A stretch of DNA of 64,000 bases from contig OX597815.1 in NCBI GenBank assembly GCA_951406725.2, positions 169,074,001 to 169,138,000 of the forward strand. The letters run 5' to 3'. The notes beneath the pieces were generated by a model that was not told the DNA's origin, did not search any database, and saw only the letters and a list, made by a program, of their open reading frames with translations. Position 1 is the first letter of the stretch. Each line of letters begins with the position of its first letter. Below, piece after piece: positions 1 to 13,300 of this stretch. The stretch comes from Octopus vulgaris (taxonomy: Eukaryota). The position numbers and the translations under genes are program-made.

Positions 1-639
1 GGAAAATGGACGTTAAACGATGATGATGATGATGATGATGATTATTTCCGTATTTTGAATGTTATTAATGTAAATTCTTCAATCTCTATTATTTCCAATA
101 ATCATCAGGTGATGTTCCTGAGTTAGAGAAAGGATTGAACTCAGACACTTATTGGCATGGACTCTACATCCTAAGAAAATTACTGCAACTTAAAAGCTCA
201 AGTTGAATGCTTAAATATTTTGAAATGACAACATTATTATCCAGTGGTTAGAATATCAGACCCTGTTGGTAAAATAAAGGTTGTAGGGTCAATCTTTGAG
301 TTTTTTCAGGAATAACACCTGAAGAGACTTGGAGATAATACTGATCTGTGTGTTGATGATTGGAGATTATAGTAATCAATACATTGTCAGTGACACAGCC
401 AACATGAGGAAATAATCTTAAAAAAAGAAATAAAATGACAAATATCACAGCTTTCAAGTTAGCAATTCTGGCCTTGTAAAAAGCACCCAGTACACTCTGT
501 ATAAATGTTGGTGTTAGGAAGGGCATCAAGCTGTAGAAGCCATGTCATACCAGATAGTAGAGCTTAGTGCAGACTCTTGCTCACAAGCTCCTGTCAAATT
601 GTCTAGTCTGTGTCAGTAAAAAAAGTGGATCCTCATGAC

Positions 640-1083
640 TGAAGTCCATGCCAGTGAAGTGCTAAGAGCACCATCCAAGCATGATCATTGCCAGGGCCAC
701 TGACTGGCTCCCATGCCAGTGACATGTAAAAAGCACCATTCAAATGTGATCATTACCAGCGTTGCCTTACTGGCACGTGAAAAGTAACATTCGAGTGAGG
801 TCGTTGCCAGTACCGCTGGACTGGCTCCTGTGTAGGTGGCACATAAAAAACACCATTTGAGCGTGGCCGTTGCCAGTACCACCTGACTGGCCCTTGTGCC
901 GGTGGCACATAAAAGCACCCACTACACTCTCAGAGTGGTTGGCATTAGGAAGGGCATCCAGCTGTAGAAACTCTGCCAGATCAGATTGAAGCCTGGTGCA
1001 GCCATCTGGCTCGCCAGTCCTCAGTCAAACCGTCCAACCCATGACAGCATGGAAAGCGAACATTAAACGATGATGATGATGAC
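640..1083 (+). mobile_element. RTE-LINE 3'-UTR-derived repeat with internal ~55-60 nt tandem units and (GAT)n tail. Other copies near 1-40, 8555-8737, 10670-10940, 20175-20347, 26515-26768, 33260-33465, and on the - strand 44795-45350, 62758-63050, 63590-64000
   Basis: Shared core ccactacactctc-gagtggttggc-ttaggaagggcatccagctgtagaaac...ccaacccatg-cagcatggaaa then (gat)n. The same sequence directly follows RTE coding sequence at 28830-29284. Confidence 0.8.
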
Positions 1084-1357
1084 AATCATAAGAATTGAAA
1101 GTTTTGTACAAGCAACTCTAATTTTCTAATTCAAAATAGAGAACTACAATGGCTGTATGTCTAAGGTGTTGGACTACTAAGTACATCACACCATTATTTT
1201 GTAGTCTGTTCAGTGAAGCACAACCTTGATGACTCAGTTTGTCTGCCTGTCATGTTCCAATCCTATTTCATGGTTGAATAGTTGGTAATAAGAATATCTA
1301 ATTGTAAAAGCAATAGCTTAAGAAAGAAAAATCATGAGTGATTAAAATCTTTTTTAA

Positions 1358-1575
1358 CCCTTTAGCATTCAAACTGGCTACATCAGGCCTAAACATTCTA
1401 CCTGTTTTATGTTCAAACCAGCCAGATCCAGCCTCACGCACCAACCCTATAATGCCCTTCTAAAAATAAGCAAATATGTCCAGAAAATCTTAAAATTACA
1501 AGATAATGCATGATGGATTCAAAACATTTTGAATAAATAAGCATTACATTTGATAATAATCTGAATGCTAAAAGG
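1358..1575. mobile_element. piggyBac-type MITE (related copies near 19620-19827, 21170-21792, 62565-62757)
   Basis: TTAA|CCCTTTAGCATTCA ... TGAATGCTAAAAGG|TTAA: terminal inverted repeats with TTAA duplication. Confidence 0.8.
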
Positions 1576-1772
1576 TTAATAAATATGTAACCAGTATGTA
1601 AACTTTTTATTGATGAAAGTTTATGAAGAAATAATAGGCACAGGCTTGGCTGTGTGGTAAGAAGTTTGCTTCCCAGCCACACGGCACCTTGGGCAAGTGT
1701 CTTCTACTATAATCTTGAAACGACCAAGGCCATGTGAGTGGATTTGGTAGATGGAAACTGAAAGAAGCCTGT

Positions 1773-1817
<45 letters not shown>

Positions 1818-3174
1818 ATGTGTGTGTCTGTGTATATATATATATATCTGTATGTATGCCTTTGTGTTGGTTCCCCAAACTGACTGACAACCAGTGATGG
1901 TGTGTTTATGTCCCTGTAACTTGACAGTTTAGCAAAAGAGAATAATTACCATGATTAAAAAGAAAATAAGCACCAGGGTTGATCAGTTCAACTAAAATCC
2001 CTCAAGACAATGCCCCAGCATGACTGTAGTCTAATGACTGAAACAAGTAAAAGATTAGAAGGTTAAACGAATCAAGATTTAGCTTAGGTCTGTCATGAAC
2101 CCTAGAATTTATAAGGCTTAAGCTTAATCCAGTTTCCATGGAATATAAGTGACTGAGTTTACAACACTTTTCCCCTGGACACAATGCCATATCACAGGGT
2201 TAACTTCATATCTATTACTGGAACTTATTTATAGCTGAATGGGCTGAAACAAAATGAAATGAAGCATTTTGCTTAAGCACACAATACACTGTCCAATCTG
2301 GAATTGAAACCATGAACTCATGATCATGAATGCAGAGCCTTAACTACTAGTCCACAAGTGTTCAAAGAGAAAAATTTAAGACACTTTGAATATAAATTCC
2401 AAATATAAACGATATCAACAAATGATAGAGAAGTTGTATTCATACTTGTCTTTTAAAATCAACTTCGACATTTCATTGCACACTCACTCACACTATAGAT
2501 TTAGTTATGTCTCTAATACTTTTTTTTATCTTGCTTTGTTGGGCTTCCTGCTGAGAGAAATGTTGGATTTCTTTAAAGTCATTGTGTGTGACTTTAGTGC
2601 ATTATTTCAGGGTCATTCTGCAAACCAGACAAACTTGCTTTCTCAAAGATGAAACAGGTTCTTATATAAGACGTAATGATTTCGTTATTATTCAGATGTG
2701 AATGTTAAATGTTGAAAGTTAATCAAACACTAGGAAAATTTTACTGAGAAACATTTTTGTTTCCATTCTTTGTACTTTTCAAGCTGATGTACGTGCGTGT
2801 ACACACACACACGCACATACTCACACATGTTTGTGTACATATACAAGTGTGTATATATTGCAACAGAGAACAAGGAAGATACGTTTTCTTGGTTTCTGTT
2901 TTTTCCATTTCTAAAGTAATGTCAACATAGAATTAATAACTCAAATGTTAGAGACCAATTTCAATAATTGGTACAATACCCTTTTGATACCATTTATAAG
3001 ATATATCAAACTGTAATTCCCAGATATTTATAAATTATTATATGCTAGTAATAGATTTGCACTATGAGTCTATATATATATGAGCAAAACACCCCCGTCC
3101 AATGGACAGTGCTGAGTTGTCAAACATTTAAACCAAATTTTCTCAAAACAACTTGTCCGGCCATATATGTATAT

Positions 3175-3207
<33 letters not shown>

Positions 3208-3434
3208 GTCAAAAATTTCACAGTCAAAAATTGTGAAGCATGACTGTCAACACTACTACATGAACCCGAAGATTGCAGAATTCAATGCATGAAAGTACTA
3301 GTTCAATCAGAATGAATATTTAACATTCTACTATTTCATTTTATTTTATTCAATTATAATATATTATCTTATAATATATCATTATAAGATTGTAAATAAA
3401 ACGTGAAAATCAGACAAGGTTGGAATTCTTTTTA

Positions 3435-3484
<50 letters not shown>

Positions 3485-3801
3485 CCATATGTGTGTGTGT
3501 GTATATATATTAAGATAAAACTTACTTGGAAATGGATGTGTGGCATTCAGTCATATAATAATATAAACAATATATATATATATATATACATGCATATATA
3601 CATACATATATATATACATATATGTACATACTTACATATATGTGTATATACATATATGGGTACAGGACGTCATAGAATGTAAACAACATGAAATACGAAA
3701 TACGAAAACATGGAATATGAACTATTTTTGCGAACAACGAAAGAAACAACAGATGAAGGGTTATTCATTATGTTACTTGTCTTGCTTCCCATTTGTTTCT
3801 T

Positions 3802-5151
3802 GTTGAGAAAAAAGTCACCAGAATTTTGGAGAGAGATCCTTTTATTTCTTCCTTATTATTAATGTGAAGGCGCGTGGCTCAATGGTTAGAGCGTCGAGCT
3901 TATGATCATGAGGTTGTGAGCTCGAATCCCGGACCAGGCTGCGTGTTGTGTTCTTGAGCAAGACACTTTATTTCACGTTGCTCCAGTTCACTCAGCTGTA
4001 GAAATGAATTGCGATGTCACAGGTGCCAAGCTGTATAGGCCCTTGCCCTTCCCTTGGACAGCATCAGTGACGTGGAGAGGGGAGGCCGGTATGCATGGGC
4101 GACTGCTGGTCTTCCATAAAACAACCTTGCCCAGACTTGTGCCTCAGAGGGTAACTCTCTAGGTGCAAACCCATGGTCAGTGTCTGACCGAAGGGGGTCA
4201 CCCATCACCATATTATTAGCACTTTCATTCCTTTCTAGAACTTGAATAAAATTTTGTGAATGTACAAACAGCTTGTTCATTTATATAAAGCAGATGCTTT
4301 TTGGGGGTTTTGTTTAGAAGAGAACATTGTTTTTTGTTTTTTGGGGTGAGGTTTCATGACAATGGAGATGGATAGATAGAAATATAGGTAGGTAGGTAGA
4401 TAGGCAGATAGATAGATAGATAGATAGATAGATAGTCAGACAGAGGGACAGGTGGGTAGAAGGAAAGAGAAAGGGTATCTACCTTCCTGTTCACCATTCA
4501 TTCATTTATTTATTTAGTCCTTTATTGTTGCATTTGAATGGGTTTAAGGATGGTGACCTTCAAAAAAAAAAAAAGCAGGTATGGTTTGGTCATCACTGAA
4601 AGTCATTTTGCTTTCTTTCTCTCTTCCCCCCTTTTTTTCTCTTTTCCTCCTTTTTCTTTTTTCCTTTTCTTCTTCCTCCCTTTTTCCTTCTTTCTGTCTT
4701 CTTCTCTTCTTTGAGTTATATTTAGAATATACCCCTTCCAAGCTTTCATTTTTGGAAGGGGTATATTCCAAATATAACTCAGAGGAGGAAGAGGGAAAAA
4801 GGAGAAGAAAAAAGGGGGGAAGAGAGAAAGAAAGCAAAATGACTTTCAGTGAATACCAAACCACACCTGTTTTTTTTTTTTTTTGAAGGTCACCATCCTT
4901 AAACCCATTCAAATGCAATGATAAAGGACTAAATAAATAAATGAATGAATGGTGAATAGGGAGGTGGATACCCTTTCTCTTTCCTTCTACCCATCTGTCC
5001 CTCTGTCTGACTATCTATCTATCTATCCTTAAACCCATTCAAATACAGTGGTAAAGGACTAAGTAAATAAATAAATAAATGAATGGTGAATAGGAAGGTA
5101 GATACCCCTTCTATCTCTCTTTCCCTCTACCCATCTGTCTCTCTGCCTATC

Positions 5152-5201
<50 letters not shown>

Positions 5202-5452
5202 CCTTCCTGCCTGCTATATTCTATCTATCCATCTCCATTGTCATGGAACCTCCCCCCCAAAAAAAACAGAAACAATGTTCTCTTCTAAACAAATCCCTCC
5301 CAAAAAAACATCTGTTTTATATAAATGAACAAACTGTTTGTCCTTTGACAAAATTTTATTTGACAAGTTCTAAAAAGGAAGGAAAACCCTAATAAATAAT
5401 GAAGAAATAAAAGAATTTTTTCCCAAAATTCTGATGACTTTTTCCTCAATAT
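3802..5452. repeat. Large foldback palindrome centred at 4742-4751; left arm interrupted by a SINE
   Basis: Arms are reverse complements (ccttccaa|gctttcattt|ttggaagg at the centre; aaaaagtcaccagaattttgg vs ccaaaattctgatgacttttt at the ends). Mirror ORFs 4544-4918(-) and 4581-4886(+). Confidence 0.9.
3862..4210 (+). mobile_element. tRNA-derived SINE (related heads near 27760-27900, 34423-34750, 50945-51200(-), 51800-51915(-))
   Basis: Pol III A-box TGGCTCAATGG (3875) and B-box-like GCTCGAATCCC (3920); flanking TATTATTA direct repeat at 3854-3861 and 4211-4218. Confidence 0.85.
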
Positions 5453-5480
5453 TCAATTTCTGTACATCACACCTAACACA

Positions 5481-5622
<142 letters not shown>

Positions 5623-6502
5623 ATATCATTATGTGACTGCGTGTATATCGTTGGCGATTTTCTTTCTCCGTCTTCCCTTCCTTGGACCTTTCCTTTTTCT
5701 ATGTTTCTGACGAAGAGCTCCTTTCTTTCCTTTCCTGAGTGTCCAATAACACTATAATTGTTCCACGTCCTCGTGTTGTGTTTTCTCTTTGTGTTTTCAC
5801 GTTTGGATTAACTATATATATATATATATGTATATGTATGTATCTACTTGTATTAGATTATACAATAGTGATGGGTAATATTTCTATTGCTTATAAGTTG
5901 TATGTACCTGACTATACATTACAGATTACATGCTATTTAGTATTTCATTAATTATTAAGAATAGGGCTCGCATCTTTGAGCTGGGAAATGAATGGATTGC
6001 CTAGTGCGTGTTTTGTTGTGGCTACTCCCTCCTAAAATGGGGAATAGGCCTGGATATATAAAAAAAATAATTCTAATCATATTGGTGACTACAAGAGATT
6101 ATATTGCTCATGTTCTGGGCTTATTACACATCTTCAGCAAAGCACTATTATCATCATCATTTGACAGGGTCCGATGGGCCCATAGACTGCACCATGCTCC
6201 AGTATCTGCATTAGCATGATTTCTACAGCTAGATGTCCTTCCTAATGCCAACCACATTACAGTATTGTACTGGATGCTTTTTATATGCCACCAGCATCAG
6301 TGAGGTTGCCATGCTGCTTGCAAAACTATCAGCCCTGAAGTGCTTGTGGTGTTGGTGGTGATGGGGGATACTTTTTGCTACATGAGATAAAGTATGAGAG
6401 AAAATGGCCAGTGCAGAACAGGTTTCTTGCTGTAAAAGTACTGCGTGATTGTAGTTTCTCTTTTGTTTTCTCTGACTATAAATGTTTTTCTTTTTATTTC
6501 AG

Positions 6503-6627
6503 TTTGTCATCTATGGGTTCTTCCAATGTGTTGATGCCTTCCTTTTCATCTTTACATTCCTTCCACTGCGGATATGTCTAGCTTTGCTCAAACTTTTAAC
6601 CCATCCTTGTGGTTTTTTTATGTATGG
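6503..6627 (+). CDS. TAPT1: TAPT1 coding exon, first in window (FVIYGFFQCVDAFLFIFTFLPLRICLALLKLLTHPCGFFMYG)
   Basis: Acceptor tttttatttcAG, donor GTgagt; phase-2 end joins the next exon. Confidence 0.92.
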
Positions 6628-6780
6628 GTGAGTACAAACTTTTATTGTGTGTATGTTTGATTACATGTCCCTGTTTTCAAATATTCATTTTATTCTGTCT
6701 TTCTCATTTGGAACCTGATGCAGCTCTATAGCTCATCAGTCCTTGCCAAACCGACAGATGCAAAGTGTTGATGAAGATTT

Positions 6781-6826
<46 letters not shown>

Positions 6827-7008
6827 GAATAAAGGCATAGGAGTGGCTGTGTGATAAGTAGCTTGCTTACCAACCACACCGTTCCAGGTCCAGTCCCACT
6901 GTGTGGCACCTTGGGCACGTGTCTTCTACTATAGCTTCAGGCTGACCAAAGCTTTGTGAGTGGATTTGGTAGATGGAAACTGAAAGAAGCCTGTCGCATG
7001 TATGTATG

Positions 7009-7049
<41 letters not shown>

Positions 7050-7337
7050 CTGTTTATATGTCTGTGTTTGTCCCCCTAAACATCACTCGACAATATATAT
7101 TCTTTTATTTGTTTCAGTTATTTCACTGTGGCCATGCTGGAGCACTGCCTTCAGTTGAACAAATCGACCCCAGGGATTATTCTTTGTAAGCCTAGTACTT
7201 ATCCTATCAGTCTCTTTTGCTGAACCGCTAAGTTACAGGGATGTAAACACACCAACATCGGTTGTCAAGCGATGGTTGGTTGGTAGGACAAATACAGTAC
7301 ACAAACATATACACATACACACACACACATATATATC

Positions 7338-7376
<39 letters not shown>

Positions 7377-10300
7377 GACGGGCTTCTTTCAGTTTCCAAA
7401 TCCACTCACAAGGCTTTGGTTGGACCAAGGCTATAGTAGAAGACACTTGCCCAAGGTGTCACACAGTGGGACTGAGCCCAGAACCGTGTGGCTGGTAAGC
7501 AAGCTACTTATCACACAGCCATGCCTGCACCTATATATATATATTCAACATTTTAAAAAAATGTGTTTCTTGCAACATTTGAACTGAAATCAACCTACGA
7601 TTTTTGCCAGTAATATGCTTAAGAAAACTATGAATAGATGTGGCTGTGTGGTTAAGAAACTTGCTTCCCAGCCATGTGGTCTTGGGTTCAGTTTCCTTTT
7701 GCAGCACCTTGTGCAGGTGTTTTCTACTATAGCCCTGGACCAACTAAAATTTTAGGAGTGGATTTGATAGATGGAAACTAAAAGAGGCCAATTCTGCATG
7801 TGTGTGTATTGGCAGACAGTCAGTCATAAGAGCAAATACAAAAAGGCTACATGTTAAAAGGCTGAAAAGTTAGAATATCAAAAGCTTGACAGCTTGAAAG
7901 ATCAAAAACACAGAATACCAAAAGCCATGAAAAAACTCTGAATTTTGAAATATTTTTCCAGTAAAATAAGAAAAACAATCTCAGAAAAAAACCCAACAAA
8001 AAACATTGACATAGTTTTAACCCATTTACTGCAGAAAACAGATATGTCCACTCAAAATGTCATTGCCATTATCTGTGGAACATTATTTTTATATACCAAC
8101 CTACCTTTTGTTGAGGAATGTCATGTTTGAAACCATTTTCTGATGAGATATATCAAGTTTATTGAGGCCATGTGACTTGTAGACAATATCAACTCCGTTT
8201 TTGGTGGCATGAGGGTTCTTTTTTTTTTTCTTTTTTTTTCATTTTTTTTCTTTTTTTTTTCTTTTTTTTTTCATTTTTTTTTTTTTTTTGTAAATATTTG
8301 ACATCATTAACTGAAATAATTATGAAATTTTATTTTGTAGTGAGAGAATTAAAAAGGAATTTATTTGAGGAACATGTAATTTATTTACTTCGATAAAAAT
8401 TGTGTCACAGAGATATGATATAGAACACAGAAGTGAAAACAGTTTATTTATCAAATATTTCTGTTCTTTAAATACTCTTGAATACATTCTTTTATTTCAT
8501 TACAAATATAAATATGAATGATCAGAAAAATGAACTTTGATGGCAGCTGTACTGGTTACATGTAAAATGCACCCACTACACTCTTGGAGTGGTTGGTGTT
8601 AGGGAGGATATCCAACCCTAGAAACCATGCCAAATCAGACTGGAACTTGGTGCAGCTCTCCGGCTTACCAGTTCCAGTCAAGCCATCTAACCCATGCCAG
8701 CATGGAAAGCAGACATTAAATGATGATAATGATGATAAAATTAGTCCTTGCATTCAACCCTCTTTCATTCAATCTTATTTTCCTTTGCCTTCATTCTTCT
8801 ACTATAGTCTATCAAAATTCAGCCTTTTGACCATTCGTATGTTTATGTTTTTATTGAAAAAAAAATAAAGAAGGAAAATATTCAATAATGAAAGAACTTA
8901 GTGAATGGAAATATTCTTTTCTACTCTAGGCACAAGGCCTGAAATTTTGGGGGAGTGGGGGGCAGTCGATTAGATCGACCTCAGTATGCAACTGGTACTT
9001 AATTTATTGACCTCAAGGCAGCGAGCTGGCAGAATTGTTAGCACACTGGGCGAAATGCTTAGTGGTATTTTGTCTGCCGTAACGTTCTGAGTTCAAATTC
9101 CGCCGAGGTCGACTTTGCTTTTCATCCTTTTGGGGTCGATAAATTAAGTACCAGTTACGCACTGGGGTCGATATAATCGACTTAATCCGTTTATCTGTCC
9201 TTTTTTGTCCCCTCTGTGTTTAGCCCCTTGTGGGTAGTAAAGAAATAGGTATTTCATCTGCCACTACATTCTGAGTTCAAATTCGGCCGAAGTTGACTTT
9301 GCCTTTCATCCTTTCGGGGTTGATAAATTAAGTACCAGTTACGCACTGGGGTTGGTCCTTGTTTGTCCTCTCTGTGTTTAGCCCCTTGTGGATAGTAAAG
9401 AAATAGGTACTTAATTTATTGACCTCGAAAGGATGAAAGGCAAAGGCAACCTCAGTAGAATTTGAACCCAGAACGTAAAGACAGATGAAATACTGCTAAA
9501 CATTTCGCCCGGCATGCTAATGTTTCTGCCAGCTCGCCGCCTTGAAGAATGGAAATATTTAAAAAAAAAAAGAAAAGAAAGAAAATATCAGGTCTGGCTA
9601 GGTGTAGGCCTGACCGTGTGGTTAAGAAGCTCTCTTTGCAACTACATGGTTTTGGGTTCAGTTCTACTGCATGGAACCTTGAGCAGGTTTCTTCTACTAG
9701 GATTTAGAAGTTATTTTGAATTAAGTAGTTAACATTTTGTAAGTTGAATTGGTAAGTTGCTCTAAGATAAATGATCTAGATTGAATGATTTAAGTTTAAT
9801 GGTTTTAGGTTAAGTGTAGTATGAGTATGGGAGATTTTGTCCCACTGTAATAATTTCAACTTTCTACTAATGTCTACAGTATCCTTTACCAACATTGTTA
9901 ATACTCTTGTTCACATTTTTTATTGATTGTTCTTTTATTGTTGTTTTTCTTTTGTTTTTTGCAGATCCAGGAAAATATTAGAGCCTTCTCAGACATGCGA
10001 TATCCTCAAGGGCATAATCATAGTGCTAAGTTGTTTCATCCTCAACTATTTGGATATCTCAATGATGTATCACATTATACGTGGCCAAGCTGTATTGAAG
10101 CTCTACGTATTTTATAATATTGTTGAGGTAACTAACCACTGCTTCTTATATTTTACGACGGCTGAGTTTGAGATCACAAAATATCTATTCCTCTTCAAAG
10201 CTACTTGGTGCAATTTAAGGCCTCCTGATTCTAAATTCAATGTTTTGACAGATTCTGCTATGAGAACTAGGTTATCAATATACAAAAGTTCCTATAGACA

Positions 10301-13300
10301 TCCAATTTTAAATTATTCTGTTATGGCCTGGATAACAAATAGGAGGGGTGGCCTGAGAACTGAGTTTTGATGAATGCTTCGTTCTTTAATAAATTCATTG
10401 TTCCCACTTTGTTAACAATGTACACAGCTGAAACCATTTAGCAACCAACAAAGTACAGAACATGTACCACTGCCAAAGGCCTACTCACGAAATGCTGTAT
10501 AGAGTGGCTTGCTCTTAGCTAGGAATGTCTCCTATAGTTGTCTCACTAGGAAGTGGCTATTGTTGGCACTATGTCTCAGTACAAACTGAACTGCTGCTTA
10601 TTCAAGTTCATTCTCTCCCTAATTATTTGTGCTATAACTTTTTTTTTTTTTGCTACTGTCATAATTTGTCCATCGTTGCCAGTGCCACTGGACTGGCTCC
10701 TGTGCAGGTGGCACATAAAAAGCACCATTTCAGCATGGCCATTGCCAGTACCACCAAACTGGCCCTCGTGCCGGTGGCATGTAAAAGCACCCACTACACT
10801 CTCGGAGTGGTTGGCGTTAGGAAGGGCATCCAGCTGTAGAAACTCTGCCAGATCAGATTGGAGTCTGGTTCGCCAGACCTCAGTCAAATCGTCCAACCCA
10901 TGCTAGCATGGAAAGTGGACGTTAAACGATGATGATGATGAATTTGGTACTGCTGCAGTTGTTTCTTTCAAGAGCACCTCCTTTGCCTTTGTAGTAGTTG
11001 ACTAAGAGACTGCTATGCCAGTCATTGGGAATACACTTCTTTGTATTACCCATTTGGTTATGCAGGTGAGCAAATTATCTCCTACGTTGCTGTATATTTT
11101 CAGCATCTTAGTCAGCAGCCCTGGCAACGATCACACTCAAACGGTGCTTTTAACGTTCCATTGGCATGGGTGCCAATCAGGCGGCATTGTCATTGGCCAC
11201 GACAGCGATTTCACTTGCCTCAACAGGTCTTTGCAAGTATAGTTTATTGTCCAGTGATTGAATGGTACTCTCAAACAGGCTGGTTATACAACATTGGCAT
11301 AGGCCATTGTTATGGTCCCACTTGGCTTGCTGGGTCTTCTCAAGCACACCATATCTCCAAAGGTCTCGGTCACTTGTCATTGCTTCGGTGAGGCCCAATA
11401 TTTGAAGGTTATGCTTCACCACCTCTTCCCAGGTCTTCTTGGGTCTACCTCTTCCACATGTTCCTTCAACTGCTAGGGTGTAACACTTTTTCACACAGCT
11501 GTCCTCATTCATTCGCAACACAGTCATCTCTCTTGCACACGACATCTGATGCTTCTTAAGACCAACTTTTCTCTCAGGGCGCTTTCACTCTATCATGTAT
11601 GCACACTGACATTACACATCCAGCGGAGCATACTGGCTTCATTCCTTGCGAGCTTATGCATGTCCTCAGTAGTCACGGCCCATGTTTCACTGCCATATAG
11701 CATAGCTGTTCGCACACATGCATCATACAGTCTACCTTTTACTCTGAGCGAGAAGCCCTTTGTCACCAGCAGAGGTAGGAGCTCTCTGAACTTTGCCAGG
11801 CTATCCTTACTCTAGCAGCTACTCTTTCAGAGTATCCACCCCTGGTACTGACTTGGTCATCTAGTTAACGGAAGCTATTAACTACTTGTAGTTTTTTCCC
11901 CTGGAATTACATAATCACTTTGCCTGTTGGAAATAGCAGCCAAAGCTAAATCTCTCTCAAGCCACATCCTATCTTCAAAACTAAGGGATTGCATATTGAA
12001 TAACCTAGTCTGAAATAAACTACATCTGAAAAGGATGTGATGGTCATGGCTAGATTACTTTTTCATTGTAAGGTCAATAGGTCAATTAGTGTTGACCTAG
12101 ATTAAAATACCCAATTAATGCATAATGACCCAATCAAACTAAATGAAAGAGACACTATGATGAAATACAATTCACTTCAGCTAGGAACTTGATTAATACA
12201 TAAGTGGAAACTATTTTGTTAGCTTGTGGCGTTGAACTGAAATCCCACCATGAGCAGAACCTGTTATAGACTGATATGTCTTGAGGAATAAGTGTTTCTT
12301 ATGTGTTTAAAGTCTGGAAAACTGGAATAAGCTCCTATACAGCAAGAGAATTTTGTTGTGAAAATAATTGATCCAGTTGTATGCAAATTTTCAAAATTTC
12401 AAAATCCTTCTTTATTAACAGTGGAAAAACTGAATATAAAAACAAAAAAAAAACTGATTTTGATAAAATTAAAAATGAATTTCTTATATAATATTAATCT
12501 TTTCATTTTTAAATAATAATTTCTTTTTAATATCTGAAGATGGTTCATTTTTATTTTTAGTTTTATGAAAAAAGTTTTTGCATAAATTTTTCCATGCTAT
12601 GGGTATAGGTTTGGCTGTGTGGTAAGAAGCTTGTTTCCCAACCACATAGTTCTTGGTTCAGTTCCAATGTGTGGCACCTTGAGCAAATGTCTTCTACAAT
12701 AGCCCAGTCTGATCAAAGAATTGTGAGTGGATTCGGTTGACAGAAACTAAAAGTAGTCCATCTTGTGTGTGTGTATAAATATAGCAATATCGATATATTA
12801 ACAGAACAGGCTCACACAGAGTACAAAGACACAAAAAATTTGTATGGTATTACAGATCCAACAGCTGTTTCTTGGGGTTTGGAATTACACCATAATGTTG
12901 ACGAGTGCAGTTCGCAAAAAGTCATGGACGTACAACTAGTAGTGGAAGCATATAAACATTAGTTAAATCCAGTCACTGTCTTCAGGGTGGAGACATAAGT
13001 ACCTAACATTTCAAATCATAATGCAGGGAAATTGAAAAGTAAAATGTGTGAAGAGGAAAGCTAATAGAAGTAAGCGGAGCAAGGAAGTAGGTGGCTTGAG
13101 GGGCATGTGGGGAGTGTTGAAGTAAGGAAGGGCAAGAAGAGATGTTGACCTAGATTGATATCCCCCTTACCCAACATTTAATACTATGACTGTTTAGTCC
13201 CCCACCACCTCACTTAACTCTATGGTCTGTGCATGGAGCTGAGAAATAACAATAAGCTCCTTTAAACAGTAACTATAAATGAAGTAATAAGAAGAGATAA

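Noticed and set aside
640-920. Regularly spaced aaaagcacc motifs resembling a repeat-spacer array
   Set aside because: The intervening sequences are homologous to each other; these are tandem units of a LINE 3' UTR.
3868-3940. tRNA gene
   Set aside because: The tRNA-like head runs into a SINE body with a TSD, and there are several diverged copies; no clean cloverleaf or terminator.
4544-4918. Two overlapping ORFs with near-identical peptides on opposite strands
   Set aside because: A consequence of the palindrome.
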